Shown here: in pieces, positions 40,708-50,837 of the stretch
Position numbering within the stretch: the stretch's first letter is position 1
How the letters are laid out: every line of letters begins with the position of its first letter
DNA from: an uncultured Verrucomicrobiae bacterium
GTDB taxonomy: Bacteria; Verrucomicrobiota; Verrucomicrobiia; Palsa-1439
NCBI GenBank assembly: GCA_963812605.1
Contig: CAWEWF010000005.1
Location: forward strand, 224,001-288,000
DNA length: 64,000 nt
Reading direction: 5' to 3'
Made by a program: the position numbers and the translations under genes
Notes under the pieces: model-generated
Seen by the model: only the letters and a program-made list of their open reading frames with translations
Told to the model about the DNA's origin: nothing
Databases searched by the model: none

Positions 40708-42540
40708 ATGCGACGGCACAACACAGACAATGACGAGACGATGGTCGCGCGGAAGCGCGGGGCGCGGGAGATTTTTACGCGCATTTCCGGTTATGTCCGG
40801 CGTTATCCCGGGTTCGCCGTCAGCATGATGGCGTGCGCGGTGTTGTCGACGCTGGCCAGTCTGGCGGTTCCCAAGCTCACGCAAATGGTCATCGACGAGG
40901 TCATTCGCGCGAAGCGCGGAGAATTGCTGGGGATGTACACGGTGCTGGTGCTCCTGGCGTTTTTCCTGCGCGATGCGTTCAACGTGCTGCGCCTCCAACT
41001 CAACAACCGTTTCGAGCAGCGGGTGATTTTCGATCTGCGCCGCGACTTATACGACAAACTCCAGCGGCTCTCTGTAAATTACTATGACCAGCGCGCCACG
41101 GGCGATCTAATGACCCGCGTCATCGACGATGTCAACGCGGTGGAGCGTGTGCTGATCGACGGCATCGAGCAGGGAACCGTCTCGGTACTGAGCATCGTCG
41201 GCGTGGGCTACATGATGTTTCGATTCGACCCGCGGTTGGCGGCGCTGGCGATCGTGCCCATCCCGTTGCTGGCGGGCGGCGCGTTGCTCTACACGATCAC
41301 GGCGCACACGCGCTATCGGCTCGTGCGACAGGCGACGTCGGCCTTGAACGCGCTGCTGCACGATAACCTGCAAGGCATCCGTCAGATCAAGGGCTTCGGG
41401 CGCGAGACGCACGAGTTGGATCGATTCTCGGCGCGGGCGAATGAGTTGCGGACGGTGACGCTGAAGGTGATGGGCGTGTGGTCGGTTTATTCGCCGGCGA
41501 TGACTTTTGCGGGCGCGCTGGGATACGTCATTTTGTTGTGGTTTGGCGGGCGCGCGGTGATCGCGGGGCAGGTATCGATAGGGCAATTCGTCGGGTTCCT
41601 GTGGTATCTGGCGATGTTCTATGACCCGGTGCGACAGTTGCACAGCTTGAACCAGATGTTCCAGGCGGGTCGGGCGGCGGGCGAGCGGGTATTCGACATT
41701 CTCGACGCGCCCGTGGAGATCGGCGAGAAGCCGGGCGCCAGCGCGTTGAGCGGGCGCGTGCGCGGCGAAGTGGATTATCGGGATGTCGGGTTCGAGTATC
41801 GGGCGGATTTGCCGGTGTTGGGTGGCGTCAACATTCACGCGCGGCCGGGGGAAACGATTGCCCTGGTGGGACCAACGGGCGCGGGGAAAAGCACGATTGT
41901 GAATCTGTTGCCGCGCTTCTATGATGTGACGCGCGGGCAAATCCTGATTGACGGTCACGATATCCGCGACGTGACACTGGAATCACTGCGGAAGCAGATC
42001 GGCATCGTGTCACAGGAGGCGTTTCTCTTCAACGGCACGATTCGCGAGAACATCCTGTATGGACGGCTCGATGCGAGCGAGGCGGAGATGATCGAGGCCG
42101 CGCAGGCGGCGAACTGCCATGAGTTCGTCATGCGCCTGCCCGAGAAGTACGACTCGCGCGTCGGCGAGCGCGGCGTGAAACTCAGCGTGGGCGAGAAACA
42201 GCGCGTGAGCATCGCGCGGGCGTTGCTGAAAGATCCGCCAATTTTGATTTTGGACGAGGCCACGGCGAGCGTGGACACCGCGACGGAGAAGCTGATCCAG
42301 GAAGCGCTGGAGCGGCTGATGGCGCAGCGCACGAGCTTCGTAATCGCGCATCGACTGTCCACCGTGCGCAACGCCGACCAGATCCTGGTGCTGAAAGCCG
42401 GACATATTATCGAACGCGGCACGCACGAGGAATTGATGACGTCGGATGGCTTGTACGCCAGCCTCTGCCGCGTGCAATCCACGGCGGTGACGATTGAAGA
42501 ACGCCTGGACGAGCTGGAAGTGGACGCGACGGCAGGTTGA
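40708..42540 (+). CDS. ABC exporter, fused permease/ATPase (MsbA/Sav1866 type)
   Basis: Six-TM domain, GPTGAGKS, LSVGEKQR, LILDEATA and IAHRLST. Confidence 0.95.
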   Translation: MRRHNTDNDETMVARKRGAREIFTRISGYVRRYPGFAVSMMACAVLSTLASLAVPKLTQMVIDEVIRAKRGELLGMYTVLVLLAFFLRDAFNVLRLQLNNRFEQRVIFDLRRDLYDKLQRLSVNYYDQRATGDLMTRVIDDVNAVERVLIDGIEQGTVSVLSIVGVGYMMFRFDPRLAALAIVPIPLLAGGALLYTITAHTRYRLVRQATSALNALLHDNLQGIRQIKGFGRETHELDRFSARANELRTVTLKVMGVWSVYSPAMTFAGALGYVILLWFGGRAVIAGQVSIGQFVGFLWYLAMFYDPVRQLHSLNQMFQAGRAAGERVFDILDAPVEIGEKPGASALSGRVRGEVDYRDVGFEYRADLPVLGGVNIHARPGETIALVGPTGAGKSTIVNLLPRFYDVTRGQILIDGHDIRDVTLESLRKQIGIVSQEAFLFNGTIRENILYGRLDASEAEMIEAAQAANCHEFVMRLPEKYDSRVGERGVKLSVGEKQRVSIARALLKDPPILILDEATASVDTATEKLIQEALERLMAQRTSFVIAHRLSTVRNADQILVLKAGHIIERGTHEELMTSDGLYASLCRVQSTAVTIEERLDELEVDATAG

Positions 42541-42628
42541 AATCACGGGAACGGAAGGCGGAGCGGATCCCCGTTCGCTAGTTATTAGGGACTTCCTAAG
42601 CTCAGTGCTTTCTGTTATAGTACACCGC

Positions 42629-42850
42629 ATGAAGCTGGAAGAACTCAAAGGTATCGTTCACGTTGACCCGGAGATCATGGGCGGGACGCCGGTATTCGTC
42701 GGTACGCGAGTTCCCTTGCAAAATCTTGTGGACTATCTGGAGGGGGGCGAGTCCATCGAAGATTTCCTCGATGCGTTCCCAACGGTCAAACGCGAGCAAG
42801 CCATTGCTGTCATCGAAGCCGGCAAACTCACGATGCTCGGAACTGTCTAG
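42629..42850 (+). CDS. DUF433 family antitoxin
   Basis: VDPEIMGGTPVFVGTRVP..GESIEDFLDAFPTV. Extended -10 TGTTATAG just upstream. Confidence 0.9.
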   Translation: MKLEELKGIVHVDPEIMGGTPVFVGTRVPLQNLVDYLEGGESIEDFLDAFPTVKREQAIAVIEAGKLTMLGTV

Positions 42851-42852
42851 CG

Positions 42853-43298
42853 ATGCGCGTCCTGATTGACGAATGCCTGAATTGGCGTTTGTCCCGCGCT
42901 CTGACCGGTCACTATGCAGTATCGGCACAGAAAAAGGGTTGGGGCGGCATCCAGAACGGGGCACTGCTGACCTTGGCCGAAAAGGAGTTTGACGTATTCA
43001 TTACCGGCGACCGGAACCTGAGTTTCCAACAAGCCGTGGGCAAATTCGATATCGCTGTCGTTGTTCTCCACGCGTCCAGCACGCAACTGCATCACACTCT
43101 CCCATTGATGTCAAAAGTGCTAGTGCTGTGACACAGTTCATTCGATGGGTAGGGCGCGGTGGCCCACCGCGCCGTCCGGTGGAATAGCGGACGGCCCGGC
43201 GAGCGTCCCTACCAACGACCCTGCAAATGAAGCATGTCATACCACCAGATGCGCTCCCGAAGCTCAAACGTGGTGAAGTCTTGAATGTGTATTCCTGA
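42853..43298 (+). pseudogene. DUF5615 PIN-like toxin interrupted by a MITE
   Basis: MRVLIDECL..FDVFITGDRNLSFQQ. Removing the MITE rejoins MSKVL|DALPKLKRGEVLNVYS* in frame. Confidence 0.85.
43120..43248. mobile_element. MITE family A copy 2
   Basis: Near-identical to 13908-14040. Flanked by CTAG/CCAG and inserted inside the DUF5615 gene. Confidence 0.85.
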
Positions 43299-43333
43299 GA
43301 ACCAGAACTGTCGGGAGGGGAAAGCATGCCCTG

Positions 43334-43465
43334 TTATCGAGCGCGGGACGCACGAGGAATTGATGGCGGCGAATGGCTTGTACGCGAATCTCTGCCGGGT
43401 GCAGTCCGCCGCGGTGACGATTGAGGAACGTCTGGACGAGTTGGAAGTGGACGCAACGGGGGGTG
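43334..43465 (+). pseudogene. Diverged duplicate of the 3' end of the ABC exporter gene
   Basis: IERGTHEELMAANGLYANLCRVQSAAVTIEERLDELEVDATG versus IERGTHEELMTSDGLYASLCRVQSTAVTIEERLDELEVDATA (42407-42540). Confidence 0.88.
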
Positions 43466-43500
43466 AGTTCGCTTTTTCTGAAGGGAAAGATTGTCGTGGA

Positions 43501-44373
43501 TCAGTTTTGACTGCTCTGGGTGGGCGAGCCGCTCCACGATCTTTGGGCAAGTCTTTCATAATGCCCCACTAATTCGGCTGGAAAGGAATATCGCTTCATC
43601 CACTCCAACAATTGTCGTTGAATCTCAGAACGCGCAGCCGATGCGTTTGCAGCTTTCCAATGGAGATTTCTCAGCTGTGGTAAAAATAGCAAGTGGAAAT
43701 CGAGAATACATTGGACGAAGTAGATCGCGATTCCTTCTTTACCCCAGCTTAGAAAGCTTTTTGTTATCACGAAAACATCCGCGGCATTCATGTATTTCGC
43801 TTTCGGATCGTACAAAAACGAGTAACGCCGTTCAGCAGTTAATCGTTGAAACATCGCAGGGTCGAGCGTTCGCAACAACGCAATTCCTTCTAGGATGACT
43901 TGCATCTGTTTAGCTGGTGCGAAGAAGGTGCAAGTGCCAACGCGCGATCGCTTGTATCCAGCTAAGCGACAAAATGGTAACGCGAAGCGAAGTAGTAAGT
44001 GTATTAGGAATGCTGCTAGGCGTCCGCACAATTTAATCCCCGACGGCAAGCTCTCGTAACGAGTACCGATTGGGCGCTGTCCAAGGTCGATTTTGCTGCG
44101 CAACCAGATTGACAGTACCAGTCCACTCCATATCCAACCTGTGATCGCCGCCAAGCCGATGATAAAACCGTACCAGCCAGGTGAAAGTGTAGAATCCAAT
44201 ATGGCAAGCATAACACCACCGGTACCAAGGAATACACACCCTGAAAATTCTGCGTCACGACGATAACGCACCTTCAAGAGGACTCCGATCCCGATTACGA
44301 GCATTCCGCTCGTAAAGACTGATAGTCTAATCATGGGTGGCATCAGTGGAATATAGTCAGGTTTTATCATCAA
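43501..44373 (-). CDS. Hypothetical membrane protein, lower GC
   Basis: 290-aa ORF with 3-4 N-terminal hydrophobic segments and no recognised family. Confidence 0.5.
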   Translation of the reverse strand: MMIKPDYIPLMPPMIRLSVFTSGMLVIGIGVLLKVRYRRDAEFSGCVFLGTGGVMLAILDSTLSPGWYGFIIGLAAITGWIWSGLVLSIWLRSKIDLGQRPIGTRYESLPSGIKLCGRLAAFLIHLLLRFALPFCRLAGYKRSRVGTCTFFAPAKQMQVILEGIALLRTLDPAMFQRLTAERRYSFLYDPKAKYMNAADVFVITKSFLSWGKEGIAIYFVQCILDFHLLFLPQLRNLHWKAANASAARSEIQRQLLEWMKRYSFPAELVGHYERLAQRSWSGSPTQSSQN

Positions 44374-44767
44374 ACAATTCAGTCTGGAGTTTATTGGTCA
44401 CGCGTCGCAATATTTGGTCGCGCGAGCCCTTGTGCCAAGCGATGCTTTGCAGTTTGCGCTGTGCCCGTAGTAGCTGTTGCGAGCCTTCACCGCAGGCTTT
44501 CGCCACGGAACGGGCGATCTTTTTGCCCTGCCACCTGCTTGATCTTCGGTCAATTGCATAATGAAATGGATAAACTTTATTTGTGAGGCCAATTTCAATT
44601 TAGCAGCGAATTCCATGCCTATCGGAACGACTTGAGTCAGGTCTATATCACTATGCATTTAGCGGAGCGGTCCTAAACATTGCCCCGAACTCACGGGCGC
44701 TACATAATTGACTGTTGATTTGAAGAAGATAGGGGAGCGTTTCGGCGCCGCGAACGAATGGGCCGCG

Positions 44768-44951
44768 CTTTAAGATCACAATTTGCGATCTTAAAGGTAG
44801 AGGCGGAACCTGCACATGCCAGGTAAAGGCGTGCGGCAGGTATTTGAGTTTCTATCCCCGCTTCAAGGTCACAAACTGTCACCAGTTCAGCGCAATGCCT
44901 TCTTTGAGATAGGGTTCCAAACTTGAAGTCACAATTTGCGACTTCAAGTTT
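44768..44951. repeat. Cluster of three TCAC-N5-G(C/T) centred palindromic repeats (ORF6N-like relics)
   Basis: CTTTAAGATCAC-AATTT-GCGATCTTAAAG (44768-96), TTCAAGGTCAC-AAACT-GTCACC (~44862-83) and AAACTTGAAGTCAC-AATTT-GCGACTTCAAGTTT (44919-51). Confidence 0.65.
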
Positions 44952-45018
44952 CTCCAATCTTGGGAAGTTCCCACCCCCATGGGCATGACGCTGTTTAAGC
45001 AATTGTTTCGGCGACCAC

Positions 45019-46831
45019 TCACTGAGTGCGTTGAAGCCGCGTCAAGCCTTGCTGCGCGTCCAAGAGGTCCGGCTTGAGTTGCAGCGCGCGCTGATAATGA
45101 GCGATGGCTTCCTTCGGGCGTCCAGCCTTCTCCAGGGCGGACCCCAGATTGCAGTGCGCGTCGGCGTAATCAGGTTTGATTCGCAACGCTTGTTCGTACT
45201 GTTCAATCGCCTCGGGTAATTTGCCCAGTCCCGCCAGGGCGACGGCCAGGTTGTTGTGCGCCTCGGGATAATCCGGCTTGAGCCGTAACGCCAGCTGATA
45301 TTCTCCAATGGCTTCCGGCACTCGGTCCATTTGCTGCAGGACATTGCCCAGTTTGGTGAGTGCCTTGATATAGCCGGGCTCGATCCGTAGCGCCTCCTGA
45401 TAGTGCCCGATCGCGTCCTCAGTCTTGCCCGCTTGCACCAACACATTTGCCAGATTGTAGTGGGCCATCGCGGAATCCGGTTTGATCCGCAGCGCCTGCT
45501 GGAAATGTCCAATCGCTTCTGGGACCCTGCCCAGTTGGGCCAGGACAATACCCAGATTGTTGTGCGCCCGCACGTTTGAAGGGCGCTCCTTCACAGTATC
45601 CTGCCAAATGGTCAATTCGGATTGGTAGTCCTGATTGCGTTGGATTGTCAGGAAGGTGAACAGCACCGCCACGGCACCGGTCGCCACGCATCCGAGCACA
45701 GCGCCTTGCGGCTTGGTGAACAACCGCTTTCCGAGCGCATACCCGCCAACCACGACCACGGTGACGACTGCCGCCAGCGGCAGATACATTCGCCGTTCCG
45801 CCGCCACTTCACCGACGTTGGGCAGAAAGCTCGAACGTCGGCCCCAAGAGGAGAAAAAACCATGCACCCAGGAAACCCACCCATGGTCGGTTACGAAGCG
45901 CCCAGACTGTTGCACTCAGCAGGCCAACCACGACAACACCAGGTACAAGGGCATTCGTCAGCGACGAGGCAATCGGCCAGTCCGAGTAATCGACCACCAG
46001 CGGGCGGGGCCAGAAACAGAGTCGTAAGTAGTAGAGAATGACACTGGCCTCGGTCTTTAGGTAGTCCCATGCTGTCAGGTCTTTCAACCCAAACCCTGTC
46101 GCGGAATGGGGTGTGCGCCACACCAGTACAGCCAGCAGGATCCAGGTTGCGGCCAGGCCAATGTACAAACCGGCGCGCCGCTGCCACAGTTCGCGAAATG
46201 ACAACGTCAGGAACACACGATCGTAGAGCAACACGATCAACGGGGCAGCCACCATGACCTCTTTGCTTCCCATCCCCAAGGCGCAGAAAATAACAGCGGC
46301 AAGGTACCACGGGCGCGGGCGTGGAGAGCGGGCGCCGCGCATCGTGCAATAGAGCGTCAACAGCAAGAACAGGCCCATCAGCGATTCGGTGCGCTGGACA
46401 ATGTAGGTGACGCTTTCGGTTTGGAGAGGGTGAAGCTCCCAGATGAGCGCGATTGCCGCGGCGAGCCAGACGGGCGCGCCGTGAAATCGGCCACGAAGCT
46501 TTTCGCTGTCAAGCGTGCGCCAGACAATTCCGAAGAGCACCAGCGCGGACAACAGATGTACCGTCAGATTGAAGGCGTGGTAGCCAGAGACATTCAGTCC
46601 GCCCCACGCGTAATTCAGGGCGAGGGTCAGACAAACCGTCGGTCGTCCATCGACAGTAGAATATGGCGGCGCCGCCAGGGCTTCGGGAAGCGGCCAGAGG
46701 TGGCGGATATGCGGATTCTCGGGGATGGAAGGCGCATCGTCGAAAAAGAATGGGCCTTGAAAGCTGTTGCGATACGCCCATAAGCCAGCGCCGACCAGCA
46801 AAACAGGGATAAGCTGACGCAGTTTCAACAA
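45019..46831 (-). CDS. TMTC-like multi-TM plus TPR protein, putative glycosyltransferase (frameshift ~45830)
   Basis: FFFDD, YHAFNL, HPLQTESVTYIVQR, SKE and ERRMYLP, followed by about five TPRs (AHNNLG). Confidence 0.8.
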
Positions 46832-47001
46832 TCCAAGAGTTTAACGGAGCCTGCCTCGCGCGACCAGTGTTTACTGAGCGACGGCTTGGGGCTGTTTAGC
46901 ATGGTGGCGGCCATGCTCGGCTTATTGTCCGATTATCGCGAGTTGATAATTTTACTGAACGCGGTTTGCAAGAACCCACCGACTACGACTGTTCATGGTC
47001 T

Positions 47002-47152
47002 GGCGGCGATCTTCGAGTGGCTGGAAGTCCTCTACAACCGTGAGCGGCTCCACAGCGCTCTCGGCTACCAAACCCTGTGGACTTCGAAACCAACCTCAAC
47101 TAAACTCATGACTCATGCACTCACTCCACTGTCCACTAAATCGGGGCAAGGG
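47002..47152 (+). mobile_element. IS3 family relic (transposase C-terminus and right end)
   Basis: AIFEWLEVLYNRERLHSALGY and an IRR-like TGTCCACTAAATCGGGGCAAG. Confidence 0.75.
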
Positions 47153-47256
47153 CGGTCGCGCCATGGCCTGCGAACTACCGTCGCTCCTGGCTTGTGTCAA
47201 CGGATTTGTCTGATGTTGAGACCTGACCCCTTATCCCCTTGCGAACATGTTTGACG

Positions 47257-47538
47257 ATGAAGAAGACTGAACAAAAGCCCACATGCATCTTTGAAATTGA
47301 GAATCCCGGCCCGGGCGACTTGCTGTTGGCACTTGAGCCGGTTGGGTGTGAGTTTTTGCTTCCGTCAAACGAGCGAGTGCAAGTTCACTTATTCGGCCCG
47401 AATTTACCGGTTTTGATACAACAAGGTGTCAATACGAACGGGATAAGATATGTGTCTTTCTGGCCTAACAGGGGAGAGTACGAATTATTCTTCAAGGGCA
47501 GGCGAGTGTGGGATATAATCGACGAAAAATTACGCTAA
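47257..47538 (+). CDS. Small hypothetical protein between IS relics
   Basis: 93-aa lower-GC ORF (LALEPVGCEFLLP..YVSFWP). Confidence 0.5.
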   Translation: MKKTEQKPTCIFEIENPGPGDLLLALEPVGCEFLLPSNERVQVHLFGPNLPVLIQQGVNTNGIRYVSFWPNRGEYELFFKGRRVWDIIDEKLR

Positions 47539-47551
47539 AAATCAAAGAAAG

Positions 47552-47985
47552 GGTAGTGTCCAGAATCTTTCGCACTTTGGTTTGGGTTCCTGATCTGGTT
47601 CGTTGTTTGGCCTCCTCAGAGGAGGAGGTCAAAAAGTTCACGCGGCTATCGTGGCCGTCTCCTTGAGTCGCTCTATATCCAGGTAGCGTCGAGTTCCCCA
47701 CTTCGTGCCGGCGATGTGCCGCAGTCGAGCGGCCACCAGCATCAGCGCCGATTGGCCGTCGGGGAACGGCCCGCCCACGCGGGTGCGTCGCCGAATCTCC
47801 TGCATGATACGCTACAGCGGATTTGGTACGCAGGCAGGCAAGTGTTCGCGAGGAAACTCTTGGTACGACAGGGTTTCCTCCACGCCGTGCGCGCACCACT
47901 TAGGCGGCCTGGGCCAGTCTCATTTGCTGGAGCTTCACCACCCACGTGTCCACTTTCTGGCGCGCCGCTCGCGGTCCTCCTGTCT
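47552..47985 (-). mobile_element. IS256 family relic (degraded transposase C-terminus and terminal IR)
   Basis: The minus strand encodes GVEETLSY..FPREH, PL*RIMQEIRRRTRV and FPDGQSALMLVAARLRHIAGTKWGTRRYLD. End GGTAGTGTCCAGAATCTTTCGCACTT. Confidence 0.8.
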
Positions 47986-48221
47986 GACCAGTTCAAGAAA
48001 GTCCTTGATGAATTGTTTTCGTCCCGAACTCCGTAACCGACTGCTAGTGAGGGCACTTAGTGCAATCGTCGAGCTTCGGGGCCCTTCAGTTCCAAGTGTC
48101 AAAAGGGCAGCGCGGCACTCCCTGAGTTCAAAGTTGCTCGACAGACCTCTCTGACGCTACGATTTAGCAAAATATGGGGCCGAAAGACGCTAATCTGCCT
48201 CTGTGCAATACCCAACAGCTG

Positions 48222-48246
48222 CTCCTCTCCCCCAAGGGGAGAGGAG
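48222..48246. repeat. Perfect 11-bp hairpin (REP-like or terminator)
   Basis: CTCCTCTCCCC-CAA-GGGGAGAGGAG. Confidence 0.5.
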
Positions 48247-48420
48247 GGCGCGAAAAAACATGTGTTTCTGCGAAACGAACCCGATTTTGGTTCGCCGTAC
48301 TTTCATATGGAAATGCCAGAGCGATAGGAAGTTAGGTTTGAAGACGCGTTTTTGTGAAACGGGTTCGTTTTTCGAAAATCGGGGCTATCGGGGGTCGGGA
48401 TGTTAACGTCCTTCCCGCGT

Positions 48421-49170
48421 TCAGGCGGTGGCGGGGACGGGGACGTTGCTTGGCGTTGCGGCGACGGATTCTTCCAGGCCGAGGCGTTTCATCACGGCGG
48501 GGCGGAGAGCGGAATCGACCAGGATGTTGTCGATGAACTCATCGGCGCGGTTCAGCGGTTGCGCCGAATTTCCCACGGCGATCACGGGGATGGATTTGGC
48601 CGACGGATGGGTCTTGATCTGCTGGAGCAGGGTGACCGCGTTCGGCACGCGGGCGTCGAGGACGATGACCTCGGGAGTGCCACGGTCGGCGGCGTTGACG
48701 ATCTCGGCGGGAATGCTCACGACCGGGGAAAGCACTTGCGGATGAGCCAGCGCGCGGACCATGGGCTCGGCAAGCTGGGCGTTGTTCGTGCACACAAGAA
48801 CTTTCTTGAAGCCGCAGGTTTTGCGAATTTGCCGGGCGATATCTTCCAAGGCAGACTGGCCCTTGGGGAAAAATTGGCGGGCCCCGAGTGCCAGCGCATG
48901 CTGGACATCGTTGCTGGAAGCGCGGTTGGAGAGGACGAAAGCTGGGACGCTGCTCAGAGCGGGGTCGGCGTGGAGGCGAGTGAGCACCTCGAAGCCGTCC
49001 ATGTTGGGCATCATGATGTCGAGGAGGATCACGTCCGGACGGATTTCCGCCGCGCATTGGAGGCCCTGCCGGCCGTCGTCGGCAAGCGTCACCGTGAAAC
49101 CTTCGCGGCGGAATTTTTCGAAGAAAATCCGCTGCAAATGTTGATTGTCCTCAATCAGCAACAGGTTCAT
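48421..49170 (-). CDS. Response regulator with tandem receiver domains and no DNA-binding output
   Basis: LLLIEDN..ILLDIMMPNMDG..FPK, then a second degenerate REC (VIVLDARVP). Confidence 0.85.
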   Translation of the reverse strand: MNLLLIEDNQHLQRIFFEKFRREGFTVTLADDGRQGLQCAAEIRPDVILLDIMMPNMDGFEVLTRLHADPALSSVPAFVLSNRASSNDVQHALALGARQFFPKGQSALEDIARQIRKTCGFKKVLVCTNNAQLAEPMVRALAHPQVLSPVVSIPAEIVNAADRGTPEVIVLDARVPNAVTLLQQIKTHPSAKSIPVIAVGNSAQPLNRADEFIDNILVDSALRPAVMKRLGLEESVAATPSNVPVPATA

Positions 49171-50750
49171 CGGGTGCCACCTACCTCCAACAAATCCGCG
49201 ACCTTTTCCAGGACGCGGTTAACTTTGAACTCGCCCTTGTTGATGAAAGCGTAGTCATGCGTTTGGATTTCCTCGGACTGGCCTTCGTCGAGCATGATGC
49301 CGGAAATGATCAGCACCTGCATATCTTTCAAGCGCGGCTGCTGCGTAAGGTAACGCATGACCTCCCAGCCATCGGTGTCGGGGAGTTGCAGATCGAGCAA
49401 CAGCAAGTCGGGTGTGGTCGTTTGCAGTTTCGCGATGGCCTCGTTTCCCGTCGCGGCCTCGGAAAGCTGATAACCTTCCTCGCCGAGCGCACACTTGAGC
49501 ACGTCCCGGAAACTCTCTTCATCGTCCACGATAAGGACGTTCTTCCGGCCCGTGGAAGTGGCGGCGCGGACGCTACGCAAAACGTCGCGCGGATTCAGCG
49601 CGGAAGCGACCGTCAGCGGTGTGCCGACGCCGTGGGCGTCGTTGTTGGAAAGAAAAATGGTCGGGATGTCCTTGGTCTCGGGCTTGGTCTTCAGTTCCTG
49701 GAAGACGGACCAGAGTTCCGAGGACGAGTCGTGTGCATCGAGCAAAATCACCAGCGGACGGAGCTTGACGGCCAGCGTTACGGCTTCTTCACCGTCGCGC
49801 GCGGTGCGGACGTTGTATTCGTGCGAACCCAGCCCGGCCGTGAGGATGCGCGCGATATCGGGACGTTCGCTGACGACCAGGACCAGACGCTGGTTATCAC
49901 CTGTGGCGTCCGGGGCAGCCGTGCTGGCGGCGGCGAGCCGGGTGCGCAAGCGCTGGATTCCTTCGATTTCTTCAAAGTTCTGCGGGACGGAAATGCTGAC
50001 AGTCGTGCCTTTGCCAGGGACACTCTTGATCTCCACGCGACCCGCCAGGAGTTCGACCAATTGCTTCGTGATGTAGAGGCCGAGGCCCGTGCCTTCGTGC
50101 GAACGGTTGGCCGAGCTGTTGACTTGATAGAATTTCTCGAAGAGCCGATCGAGCTTATCGGCGGGGATGCCGATGCCCGTGTCCTGTACGTTGATGGAGA
50201 GCCGGGGAGAACCGGCGGCACCGGAAGCGGCGTTCACGTCCGCCGAAATCGTGATCGTAACCTTCCCGTGCTCGGTGAACTTGATGCCGTTGCTGATAAG
50301 GTTGACCAGGATTTGTTTAAGCTTGCCGCGGTCGGTGCGGATGACGGCATTGTCGATCAAGATGGTGGAATTGAGTTCCAGGCGCTTGGCGTCCGTGAGC
50401 GGCTTGAGCTGGCCGATCAATTCGCCGACGAGACCGCGCAAATCGAACGACTCGAGGATCAGGTCCGTGCGGCCGCTTTCGATGCGGGCGAGGTCGAGGA
50501 GATTATTGACGAGGCTGAGAAGGTCCTGGGCGCTTTCGCGGATGTAGCGGATGGACTCTTCCTGCTCATCGGTCATCTGGCCGTAGACGGTGTCGAGTAG
50601 CAGTTCGGTATAACCGATGATGGCGTGAACGGGAGTGCGGAGTTCGTGGCTGACGTTGGCGAGAAACTCGGCTTTGAGACGATTGATGTTTTCCAGGGAG
50701 CGGATCTGTTCCTGGGTCACATCTTCCGGTTTGCGTTTGGCGTTGCTCAC
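49167..50750 (-). CDS. Cytoplasmic hybrid histidine kinase (HisKA-HATPase-REC-REC) without a sensor domain
   Basis: FLANVSHELRTP, NLISNGIKFT, DTGIGI, GTGLGL and two REC domains. Only about 25 aa precede the H-box. Confidence 0.92.
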   Translation of the reverse strand: MSNAKRKPEDVTQEQIRSLENINRLKAEFLANVSHELRTPVHAIIGYTELLLDTVYGQMTDEQEESIRYIRESAQDLLSLVNNLLDLARIESGRTDLILESFDLRGLVGELIGQLKPLTDAKRLELNSTILIDNAVIRTDRGKLKQILVNLISNGIKFTEHGKVTITISADVNAASGAAGSPRLSINVQDTGIGIPADKLDRLFEKFYQVNSSANRSHEGTGLGLYITKQLVELLAGRVEIKSVPGKGTTVSISVPQNFEEIEGIQRLRTRLAAASTAAPDATGDNQRLVLVVSERPDIARILTAGLGSHEYNVRTARDGEEAVTLAVKLRPLVILLDAHDSSSELWSVFQELKTKPETKDIPTIFLSNNDAHGVGTPLTVASALNPRDVLRSVRAATSTGRKNVLIVDDEESFRDVLKCALGEEGYQLSEAATGNEAIAKLQTTTPDLLLLDLQLPDTDGWEVMRYLTQQPRLKDMQVLIISGIMLDEGQSEEIQTHDYAFINKGEFKVNRVLEKVADLLEVGGTR

Positions 50751-50837
50751 AGGGCTGCCCTTCCACGCGCGGTTGCGGGGGACGCGAAGGCTGTCCGCAG
50801 GGGAGGGCAGACACCAACCCGGCCGTCCGCTGCGCGA

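Noticed and set aside
44398-44658. 86-aa minus-strand ORF
   Set aside because: No recognisable motif or RBS in a degraded region, so it is not supportable as a gene.
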